Source: Bacteroidota bacterium (GTDB lineage: Bacteria; Bacteroidota; Bacteroidia; 2-12-FULL-35-15). Taken from it: DNA of 64,000 bases. A program made the position numbers and the translations under genes. The notes below the pieces were generated by a model that saw only the letters and a list, made by a program, of their open reading frames with translations, ran no database searches and was not told the origin of the DNA. Where the stretch lies: the NCBI GenBank assembly GCA_947479085.1, contig CANJYB010000022.1, positions 3,904-67,903 on the forward strand, read 5' to 3'. This document shows, in pieces, positions 1 to 7,825 of the stretch; positions within the stretch are counted from its first letter, which is position 1; every line of letters starts with the position of its first letter.

Positions 1-1
1 A

Positions 2-298
2 AGTAAGAATTATGTTTCTTGGATTGTAAAGATGTTTTTAAAATACTTTTTAAAAGATGTTTATGCTGACAAAACTAAAATGGAAGAAATTATCACTACT
101 TCCGATATGAATTGGACAGTTGTGAGACCAGGAAGGCTATTAGACAAAGAATTGACAGAGAAATACCGTATTGAAAACAAATTATTCAAAGGAATTAATA
201 TAGGCGGTATTAATAGAGCAGATGTAGCGGACTTTTTAATAAAACAAGCTGAAAAACAAACTGAATTTAAAAAGTACATTGCTATATCTGAAAAATAG
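2..298 (+). CDS. NAD(P)H-binding (flavin/biliverdin reductase-like, atypical SDR) protein, 5'-truncated by window edge
   Basis: Frame open from base 2; C-terminal motifs WTVVRPG and INRADVADF typical of NAD_binding_10 proteins. Confidence 0.75.
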   Translation, partial: SKNYVSWIVKMFLKYFLKDVYADKTKMEEIITTSDMNWTVVRPGRLLDKELTEKYRIENKLFKGINIGGINRADVADFLIKQAEKQTEFKKYIAISEK

Positions 299-311
299 AA
301 TAAAAGCCGAA

Positions 312-506
312 CCGATAACATAAGATTTATGAAATAAAAAAAGGGGGGGGCGACCTGCCAGTATGAAGTTTCAAGCATTTAATAACGCTTGTCGCGGGGC
401 GAAAGAGACGAGCTGCTATCACACAGGCTCGCTCAAATGTGCTTTGGCACATTTGCCGGCCCCACATTTTTTTTAATGAGTAAATCTTTGAAACGATAGC
501 AGTAAT
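312..506 (+). repeat. Degenerate attC-like imperfect inverted repeat between cassette-like genes
   Basis: CCGATAAC (312-319) and AAGATTTA (322-329) mirrored by TAAATCTT (481-488) and CGATAGC (494-500). Confidence 0.45.
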
Positions 507-518
507 TTTAAGAACGAT

Positions 519-1019
519 ATGAATCCATATACAGACTTTACAAAACATTTCGGTAACTCTTTGAAAGCACCTGACTTTTCAAACTTCCTTGCCGAAATAT
601 TTACTGACCTGACAGAATACGATATTTTACAAAGCGAATATATTTTATCCGTTAAGACAGGAATAGAATTAGGATTTAAGAATGAAGATGCAGAATACGA
701 TGATGATGATATTATAATTTTTAAAAAAGGGACGCCAATATTTTCTCATTTTAATTTATTTCCGAAATCAGAAAGTATTATTTCTTCATTCCCTTTTGAC
801 ATTAAATTTTCAGACACTAGGAATATGCTTCACAAGAAAATTGGTGAACCACTTAAAACAGTATATTTACAAGACAAATTATTCAATAAGACATTTTTGA
901 TTGACCATTATAAACTTGGGGACATTGCAATCAGTATAGACTATGATTCGGAAACAGAAACTATTAATCATATTCAAATTCGTGATAACAATTTGGTTAT
1001 TGACGAACTTAAACTATAA
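519..1019 (+). CDS. Hypothetical acidic protein, possibly polymorphic-toxin immunity-like
   Basis: 166-aa ORF with ATG start; FPFDIKFSDTR...KKIGEP motif resembles small immunity-type proteins; no signal peptide. Confidence 0.6.
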   Translation: MNPYTDFTKHFGNSLKAPDFSNFLAEIFTDLTEYDILQSEYILSVKTGIELGFKNEDAEYDDDDIIIFKKGTPIFSHFNLFPKSESIISSFPFDIKFSDTRNMLHKKIGEPLKTVYLQDKLFNKTFLIDHYKLGDIAISIDYDSETETINHIQIRDNNLVIDELKL

Positions 1020-1098
1020 TGAAAAACTACTGATAACATAGCCCTTGAAACACTTGACACGAAAAAAAAGTGTCTATAGACTTCAGTGAGACCGAGCG

Positions 1099-1461
1099 AT
1101 GACAGGTGACAACGACATAGAATTGCAGACACGAATTCGGGAAAACATCCTGAATTGTTTAGACTTATGGACATCAAAGAACAAACAACTTGAATATCAG
1201 AAACGTGTTTCTATTGCAGACGTTTCAGTGGAACTGTTTTGTGGTTGGGACGACTTTTATCATCCAGACAACATCGACTTCATGAAAACATTTAACGAAC
1301 AAGAAAGACAAGCACTTGCCGACTTTGACAGAATATTAACTGAAATAGCAGACACGACACCGAAAGAATTACCTAACATTTTAGAGTTTGTGCAAACAGA
1401 AGAATGGAAGAAATTAAATTTAGTGGCAACAGAAACACTAAATAAAATCCACAGCCTGTAA
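1099..1461 (+). CDS. Hypothetical small helical protein, possibly immunity-like
   Basis: 120-aa ORF, QLEYQ...VELFCGWDD...EWKKL pattern; cassette-like context. Confidence 0.6.
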   Translation: MTGDNDIELQTRIRENILNCLDLWTSKNKQLEYQKRVSIADVSVELFCGWDDFYHPDNIDFMKTFNEQERQALADFDRILTEIADTTPKELPNILEFVQTEEWKKLNLVATETLNKIHSL

Positions 1462-1583
1462 CGAAAAAAAAGCAGACATAATTAACACTAAAGCTACTAA
1501 CGCCTAACATAAGTAGCCGTTGTACAACCCTCTTTAAAAATAAATAATTAAAAAAAACTGACTTCATCCAGCACTTGATATTC

Positions 1584-1724
1584 AACTCCTAAAGGAGTTG
1601 TGGAGGGATGGGTGTTTCGTTTACCCCCGGTTTCACCTTCGGCAAGCTCAGGCACCAACCGGGGGCTATTGAGATTTGACACTTCGGCACTTCGGCTGCG
1701 CTCAGTGACCGAAGCTCAGTGACC
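1584..1724. repeat. Cluster of nested REP-like palindromes
   Basis: AACTCCTAAAGGAGTT hairpin; CCCCCGGTT...AACCGGGGG enclosing CTTCGGCAAGCTCAGG; CTTCGGCACTTCGGCTGCGCTCAGTGACCGAAGCTCAGTGACC. Confidence 0.65.
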
Positions 1725-1779
1725 AGAGTCGGGGGAATTTGATTTTTTTTAAGAGCTTACTGAAACGAAAATAAAAGTG

Positions 1780-1956
1780 ATACACTCTCCATCTGCACCC
1801 GACCCGCGCGAAGTATCCTTTTTTTTTGATTGGACAGTTATTAAGGAGCTTTAACCTCCAAATCCGGAAAGGACCGGATTCGGAGGGAGAAGGTGATTAA
1901 AAAAAAGATACCGTGCGAGGGCGGGAAGACTGGTGAAAAGATGAGATAAAGTATCT
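1780..1956. repeat. Long imperfect inverted repeat (MITE- or structured-RNA-like) with central 39-nt hairpin
   Basis: GATACACTCTCCATCT vs AGATGAGATAAAGTATC; CCCGACCCGCGCGAAGTATCC-T-tract vs A-tract-GATACCGTGCGAGGGCGGG; central hairpin 1853-1891. Confidence 0.5.
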
Positions 1957-1987
1957 GCCCTAAAGATTTTTAATAAAAAGAAGCAAC

Positions 1988-2665
1988 TTACCGTTTCCTG
2001 AGCGAGAATAGCTCCTTGTTGTATTCCAGCAAAGCGAGGTTTTGAGTGGCTGTTGGGTTTTGTTCGGCTTTGAGCACCTGCTCGTAGAGCTGTTTGGCCC
2101 TGTTATAATACAAAATATTATGAGCAGCATTATTAACATATAAGCTGAAATACACCTGGGTGGCCAGGGCCATTTTAATAGCGTTTTCGTATTTCGTAAA
2201 CTCGGTATGGTTGGCCGAAGCATCGGCAATGGGGTAGTATTTTTTGAACACTTCAAAATTCCGCAAGGCTACTGGGTAATTAATGGTGTCTATACTTGGC
2301 GAAAGGTCGTTATACAACAGAGAGATTAAATAACTGATGTTGGCTTTGCTTTTAGTTGCATTGGCTTTTGAGGTATCCAGTTCCATTGCTTTTTTAAAAC
2401 ATTCGAGGGCAGCCATGCGGGCAGGCGATTCGGGGTTTGTTTTTTCCTGTTCAAGGTAAATTTCCTTATTGGCGCAACCTTTATAGTACCATGCTTCGGC
2501 ATCTTTGGCACCTTTTCCCTTTTTGGTGCAGGAATCGAGGCAGGCAAGTGCGGCTTTGTATTCCTTTGCCTGCATAAGGGTAAAGGCACGTGTTGTACTT
2601 TCTTTTTGCGAAAAGCCATTGGCTGTTAAAAGCCATACGGTTGATATTATGAGGAGTTTTTTCAT
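1988..2665 (-). CDS. Secreted tetratricopeptide-repeat-like protein
   Basis: Start re-assigned to MKKLLIISTVWLLTANGFSQ (signal peptide); AEAWYYKG and ALECFKKAMELD are TPR-like helices. Confidence 0.7.
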   Translation of the reverse strand: MKKLLIISTVWLLTANGFSQKESTTRAFTLMQAKEYKAALACLDSCTKKGKGAKDAEAWYYKGCANKEIYLEQEKTNPESPARMAALECFKKAMELDTSKANATKSKANISYLISLLYNDLSPSIDTINYPVALRNFEVFKKYYPIADASANHTEFTKYENAIKMALATQVYFSLYVNNAAHNILYYNRAKQLYEQVLKAEQNPTATQNLALLEYNKELFSLRKR

Positions 2666-2730
2666 GTTCCTGTCTTTTAATTTGGTTATTGATTTTGAAC
2701 AGGGAAACAAATGTATGAAAAAAAGCAGAT

Positions 2731-2900
2731 AGTTGGTGGTTGGTGGTTGGTTATTTGGGGTTGGTGGTGTGTAGATTGTTGTTGGTGGTTAGTTGTTGGT
2801 GGTTTGAGGTTGGTGGTTTGAGGTTGGTGGTTTGTTGTTTGAGGTTTGAGGTTTGTGGTTTGTGGTTTGTGGTTTGTGGTTTGTGGTTGTTGGTGGCGCG
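2731..2900 (+). repeat. GT-rich heptamer tandem repeats (GGTTTGT/GGTTGGT/GGTTTGA)
   Basis: Directly visible 7-bp periodicity. Confidence 0.85.
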
Positions 2901-3021
2901 AGGTTTAGTGTGGAGGGATGGTAAAAAAAACACACCCCCTACCCCCTCTCGCTTGCGCATTGGCAAACGCACAGAGGGGAATAGCTTCCGTGAAAAGAGG
3001 TGATAAAGTTGGGCACTGGGG

Positions 3022-3113
3022 CACTTCGGCACTTCGGCAAGCTCAGTGACCGGAGCTAAGTGATAGTGTTACGAAACCTCCAAACCGGCAAAGGAGCCGG
3101 TTCGGAGGGAGAA
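3022..3113. repeat. Second copy of nested REP plus 39-nt hairpin
   Basis: CACTTCGGCACTTCGGCAAGCTCAGTGACC matches 1680-1710; 3075-3113 matches 1853-1891. Confidence 0.7.
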
Positions 3114-3175
3114 ACCACAAACCACAAACTACAAACAACTAACAACTAACAACTAACATCTACCCACCACAAACT
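3112..3175 (+). repeat. AC-rich heptamer repeats (AAACCAC/AACTAAC), approximately the reverse complement of 2731-2900
   Basis: Directly visible. Confidence 0.8.
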
Positions 3176-3208
3176 TGAAACTTTCCCTCTGAAACCTTTA
3201 ATTTTTAT

Positions 3209-3216
3209 TAGTTTTG
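3209..3216 (+). promoter_or_regulatory. Bacteroidota sigmaA -7 element (TAGTTTTG)
   Basis: Matches TAnnTTTG, 27 nt upstream of ATG at 3244. Confidence 0.6.
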
Positions 3217-3243
3217 CACCCGAATATTAATACGAGTTTATAT

Positions 3244-3927
3244 ATGAACCAAATCAAGACATTTTTAGTAGATAACCTTTCGGGCTTTTCGTTAAAGGCT
3301 ATTCCGGGTTTTATTTTCAGTTTTATTGTTTGTGCGGTGCTGTCTTTTATTTTGGGCAAGGTGTACACCAAATATGGCAATTCGCTGTCGAACCGTAAGG
3401 CTTTTGCGCGTAACTTTATAGTACTGGCCATTACCACCATGTTTATTATTTCGGTAGTAAAGTCGTCATTGGCCCTGTCGTTAGGGTTGGTGGGTGCATT
3501 GTCCATTGTTCGTTTCCGGTCGGCCATTAAGGAACCTGAGGAACTGACCTATTTGTTCCTTACCATTGCCATCGGGCTGGGTTGCGGGGCAGGGCTGGCA
3601 GTACTTACAGTCATTGCTTTTGTAGGTTTTGTGGCAGTTATCTGGTTTACCAATACGTATCAGAAATCATTAGAATCACAGAATTTATATCTTACCATTT
3701 CCAGCAACGAGCCGAAGGCAGTGAACCTGAAAGACATTGTGGAATTGCTGAAAAAACACTGCAGCGGCATAAAACTAAAACGTACGGACGAAACAACTGC
3801 TACTATTGAGGCTTCTTTTTTTGTGGAGTTTGATGATTTTGAAAAACTGGAAGCAGCCAAAGGCGCTATCAAAGGCATGCACCCTTCGGTTTCGGTTTCG
3901 TTTATGGATAATACGAGGGATTTTTAA
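3244..3927 (+). CDS. DUF4956-family membrane protein (MgtC-like TM region plus C-terminal ACT-like domain)
   Basis: SLALSLGLVGALSIVRFRSAIKEPEEL signature; several TM helices; ATG at 3244 preferred over upstream TTG. Confidence 0.85.
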   Translation: MNQIKTFLVDNLSGFSLKAIPGFIFSFIVCAVLSFILGKVYTKYGNSLSNRKAFARNFIVLAITTMFIISVVKSSLALSLGLVGALSIVRFRSAIKEPEELTYLFLTIAIGLGCGAGLAVLTVIAFVGFVAVIWFTNTYQKSLESQNLYLTISSNEPKAVNLKDIVELLKKHCSGIKLKRTDETTATIEASFFVEFDDFEKLEAAKGAIKGMHPSVSVSFMDNTRDF

Positions 3928-4002
3928 ATGACCGATGTCGGATGACCGAAGACCGATGAGTTCTAGGTTGACCAATCACCATTGACTAATGACTAATCAC
4001 CA

Positions 4003-4689
4003 ATGACAAATAAACCAGAACCTTTACGTTATGAACGAAAATTCCTGATTACAGGATATTCGCACCGCGATGTGGAGCAGATGGTGAAATTTCATCCTGC
4101 CTGCTTTTCGGAGTTGTTTCATGAGCGGGTGGTGAACAATATCTATTTTGATACTGCCGGGTTGACGCATTATTTTGATAATGTGGAAGGTTCGCCCGAA
4201 AGGTTAAAGGTGCGTATCCGCTGGTATGGTGATACTTTTGGACCGATACAAAAACCGGTGCTGGAGTATAAAATCAAGAAAGGATTGCTGGGCAGGAAAG
4301 AGTCGTTTGTATTGCAGCCTTTTAAATTAACCAATGATTTTACAGAAATGGAAATAGCCATGGCGGTGAGTGATGAGGCCATTCCTGTTTCGGTTAAAAA
4401 CGAAATGCGGTCGCTAAAGCCTACTTTGCTCAACTCTTACACCCGCAGGTATTATTTATCTGCTGATAAAAATTACCGGATTACGGTGGATCATCACCTT
4501 ACCTATTACCGGATAGGGGTGCATGGCAATACGTTTACCAATAAGTCAGTGGATTATAACACCACAGTGCTTGAATTAAAATACGATTCGTCACTGGAAG
4601 ATGAATCGAAATTAATAGCAAATCAGTTTCCTTTTCCGCTTACCAAAAGCTCTAAATACCTGCAGGGACTGGAAAGGGTATTTATATAA
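4003..4689 (+). CDS. VTC-domain (polyphosphate polymerase-like, CYTH/TTM tunnel fold) protein
   Basis: RYERKF (ExK), NIYFD, KVRIRWYG, LEYKIK, RITVD, VLELKY, SKY motifs. Confidence 0.85.
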   Translation: MTNKPEPLRYERKFLITGYSHRDVEQMVKFHPACFSELFHERVVNNIYFDTAGLTHYFDNVEGSPERLKVRIRWYGDTFGPIQKPVLEYKIKKGLLGRKESFVLQPFKLTNDFTEMEIAMAVSDEAIPVSVKNEMRSLKPTLLNSYTRRYYLSADKNYRITVDHHLTYYRIGVHGNTFTNKSVDYNTTVLELKYDSSLEDESKLIANQFPFPLTKSSKYLQGLERVFI

Positions 4690-6458
4690 TGCAACCCATA
4701 TTACAACCCAAACGAACAACTTCCTTATCCATCAAACTGGCTGCAGTGGTGGTGTTTGTTATAGCTGTTATTGCCTTTGTTTTCAGTTTAAAATATGCCG
4801 GAGAAAGCAAAAAAGAATATCCCGATTTAACGTTTGATACCCAGATTCCCTTTCCTGAATGTGAACAAAAAGGTGGTTTTTATGCCGAACCGTTTGACCT
4901 GAAAATGACCATCACCGGTGGTAATTACAAAATATATTATACCGTGGATGGTTCGGAACCATCTTTAAAATCTCCTGTTTACACCAAACCTTTAATTATT
5001 ACCAACCGGACAGGAGAAAACAATAATTTATCCAACATTCCCTCTTCTCCTCGCTGGAAACCTCCTGTGGGCGATGTGTTTAAGGGAACGGTGGTAAGAG
5101 CAATAGCTGTAACGGATGACAATAAAAAAAGCCTTGAGTTTACACGCACCTATTTTGTGGACCCTAAAGGCAGCAAGCGTTATAGTTTCCCGGTGGTGGC
5201 CATTACGGTTAATCCGGATGATCTGTTTGGTTACAAAACCGGGATTTATGTTTTAGGCAAAAACTATGATGATAAAAACGATTATGCAAAAAAAGACATT
5301 CCGCTTGATTTGCGATGGTGGAAATACCCGTCCAATTACCTTAAAAGAGGAAACAATGCCGAACGCCCTGCTTTTATAGAGTTTTATGAACCGGAAAATA
5401 AACTGGCTTTTGAAAGCAAAGTGGGAGTTAGAATAAACGGAAATGCCACCCGGGGATACGCACAGAAATCGCTCAGGATTAATTTCAGGAAGGAATACGA
5501 TGCGGAAGAGTTGAATTATAAACTGTTTGCAACCAAAGAGGTAACAAAATTCAAATCGTTTATTTTAAGAAACTCCGGAAACGACTGGGATAAAACCATG
5601 TTCAGAGATGCCTTTATGCAATCGCTGATGGCCGACTCAAAGATGGACATTCAGAGCAACCGGCCTGCAATTGTTTTTATAAACGGTGAATACTGGGGAA
5701 TACATAACCTATGTGAACGGTTTGATGAAAATTATATTTCCTTTAAGTACAACTTACCCAAGGACAGTATCATTATCCTTGAAATGAGCGGGAATGTATA
5801 TTATGGCAAAAAGAGAGATGCGACTGATTTTAAAGAGTTGCTTGCGTTTATTAAAAGTAATGATTTGAGTATTAATGCCAATTACCAAAAGGTGAAAAAC
5901 GAGATGGACATTGATAATTTTATAGATTTTGTAATTACCAATGTGTATTACTGCAACAGCGACTGGCCCAATAACAATGTAAAATACTGGAGATATAAAA
6001 CCACACCAACAGGTAACGATTCGGCAGGAATAAAAGATGGCCGCTGGAGGTGGATGCTCTATGATACCGATTATGGATTCGGGTTTACCGGAAGCGATGC
6101 CATACAGATGAACCTGCTTGAAAAGGCAAAAACAACAGGAAGTGTGGGCGTTCTGTTTTCAGGATTATTAAAGAACAAACAATTTACAGATAAATTTATT
6201 ACTGCATTTCAAACGCGGTTGAATACTTCCTTCCGTGAAACCTTTGTAATAAGCAAGATAAACGAGTTTGAAACCGCCTTTGCTCCTGAAATGGAAGAAA
6301 ACATAAACCGATGGAGGTTTATGGGTTCATTTTCGAAATGGAAAAGCAATGTGCAGGACTTAAGAGATTTTGCAGGCAAACGTCCTGAAATTCAGGCCAA
6401 ACAATTGAATGACTTTTTCAGGTTAACAGAGAAGAATAAAATTACTATTAAAAAATAA
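4689..6458 (+). CDS. CotH-family kinase with N-terminal membrane anchor and chitobiase/Fn3-like domain
   Basis: N-terminal TM; IYYTVDGSEPS; QKSLRINF, FRDAF, NGEYWGIHNLCER, DWPNNN, WRWMLYDTDYGFG; start overlaps previous stop (TAATG). Confidence 0.85.
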   Translation: MQPILQPKRTTSLSIKLAAVVVFVIAVIAFVFSLKYAGESKKEYPDLTFDTQIPFPECEQKGGFYAEPFDLKMTITGGNYKIYYTVDGSEPSLKSPVYTKPLIITNRTGENNNLSNIPSSPRWKPPVGDVFKGTVVRAIAVTDDNKKSLEFTRTYFVDPKGSKRYSFPVVAITVNPDDLFGYKTGIYVLGKNYDDKNDYAKKDIPLDLRWWKYPSNYLKRGNNAERPAFIEFYEPENKLAFESKVGVRINGNATRGYAQKSLRINFRKEYDAEELNYKLFATKEVTKFKSFILRNSGNDWDKTMFRDAFMQSLMADSKMDIQSNRPAIVFINGEYWGIHNLCERFDENYISFKYNLPKDSIIILEMSGNVYYGKKRDATDFKELLAFIKSNDLSINANYQKVKNEMDIDNFIDFVITNVYYCNSDWPNNNVKYWRYKTTPTGNDSAGIKDGRWRWMLYDTDYGFGFTGSDAIQMNLLEKAKTTGSVGVLFSGLLKNKQFTDKFITAFQTRLNTSFRETFVISKINEFETAFAPEMEENINRWRFMGSFSKWKSNVQDLRDFAGKRPEIQAKQLNDFFRLTEKNKITIKK

Positions 6459-6479
6459 TACATAATTTCTATTTAACTG

Positions 6480-6487
6480 TATCTTTG
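6480..6487 (+). promoter_or_regulatory. Bacteroidota -7 element (TATCTTTG)
   Basis: Perfect TAnnTTTG 21 nt upstream of GTG at 6509. Confidence 0.55.
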
Positions 6488-6508
6488 AAAACTTATAATT
6501 AACAGAGT

Positions 6509-7825
6509 GTGTTAGAATATTACAAAGAAAACGGCCAATTTTATTTAATCATACTTGTCTGGCTGCTGGCCGGAATGTTTGGAGGACCCGTAATTTTTCT
6601 TGTTCTTCCGGGTACCTTGGTTTTAATGCGACAAAAGGGAATGTGGGAAGAACTGTTCCTTGGTTTCTTTTTCATACTTATTATGTCCGACAGCGAGTTG
6701 TCTTATCTGGCCTTTGCCAAGAACATAAAAATTGTTTACTTGGTTATCCTAGCGGCCTTTTTTATCCTTGACATGGATGAATTCAGACCATTAAACGGTA
6801 TTTACAAGCAATACATTCCGTTTTTTATAGTTGCCATTATTTGCTTGTTTTTTTCACCTTCTCTTTTTGTTGGATTTCAAAAAACGTTTTCCTACATCCT
6901 CATGTTTATTCTTGTTCCCAACATTGTAACAAGGCTTTTTAGGGAAACAGGCCAGAAGTTTTTTAAAAACCTTATTTACTTTGGAACCACGATATGCCTT
7001 GCGGGTTTTATATTATACGCTATAAAAAAGGAATATGCGTTTAATGCCATAATCGGAAGATACAATGGGGTATTTGGAAATCCGAATGGTTTGGGGTTAT
7101 ATGCCTTCCTGTTATTTGCCCTGTTTTTTACCCTAAATGATATTTACGAAAACATGTTTACTAGGAACGAGAAAATACTGATTTATTTTGCCATTCTATT
7201 TTCCATTGTTTTCTCCAATTCGAGAAATGCATTTCTTAGTGTTGTTATTCTTGTTTTGTTTGCCGCCATTTTCAAAAAGTCTTCTTTTCTCGGACTCATT
7301 ATGTCCATTGTTTTGTTTGTTGTCAATTTGTTAGTTGCAGATTATATCCCTATCCTTATAAAACAGTTAGGGCTGGAATCGTTTTTCAGGCTGCATACAC
7401 TTCAGGAATTAAGTGGAAGAGCGGTAGCCTGGCAGTTTGCCTGGACCAAGATTCAGAATAACTATTTTATTTCAAGAGGATTTGGATACGATGAGTTTAC
7501 CATGCGGGCCAATTATCATATGTTGAGCAGAATGGGTACACAGGGAGGGGTGCATAGTTCCTACTTATCGCTATGGTTAAATTTTGGACTAGTAGGGGCC
7601 TTGTTGTATATGCGTTCCTTCTTTTTAGTATTTATTAAAGCGATTAAGATAAATCGAGTATCGTTTTCGATAATGTATGCTGTATTATTTTCAGCTGCCT
7701 TCGAAGGTTTGTTTATTGGTTCATTAAACCCACAAATGATTATTTTATTGATTACCATTACTATTATAAGCGACCCTGATTTTAAAACGGAAGAGGCCGA
7801 AATCGGGGAGCTACAGATTGCATGA
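6509..7825 (+). CDS. O-antigen ligase/polymerase (Wzy_C-like) family membrane protein
   Basis: Many TM helices; GVFGNPNGLG, SNSRNA, SGRAVAW, HSSYL...FGLVG motifs. Confidence 0.8.
   Translation: MLEYYKENGQFYLIILVWLLAGMFGGPVIFLVLPGTLVLMRQKGMWEELFLGFFFILIMSDSELSYLAFAKNIKIVYLVILAAFFILDMDEFRPLNGIYKQYIPFFIVAIICLFFSPSLFVGFQKTFSYILMFILVPNIVTRLFRETGQKFFKNLIYFGTTICLAGFILYAIKKEYAFNAIIGRYNGVFGNPNGLGLYAFLLFALFFTLNDIYENMFTRNEKILIYFAILFSIVFSNSRNAFLSVVILVLFAAIFKKSSFLGLIMSIVLFVVNLLVADYIPILIKQLGLESFFRLHTLQELSGRAVAWQFAWTKIQNNYFISRGFGYDEFTMRANYHMLSRMGTQGGVHSSYLSLWLNFGLVGALLYMRSFFLVFIKAIKINRVSFSIMYAVLFSAAFEGLFIGSLNPQMIILLITITIISDPDFKTEEAEIGELQIA

Noticed and set aside
2740-3032. ORFs on both strands across the heptamer repeats
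   Set aside because: Low-complexity translations of non-coding 7-bp repeats
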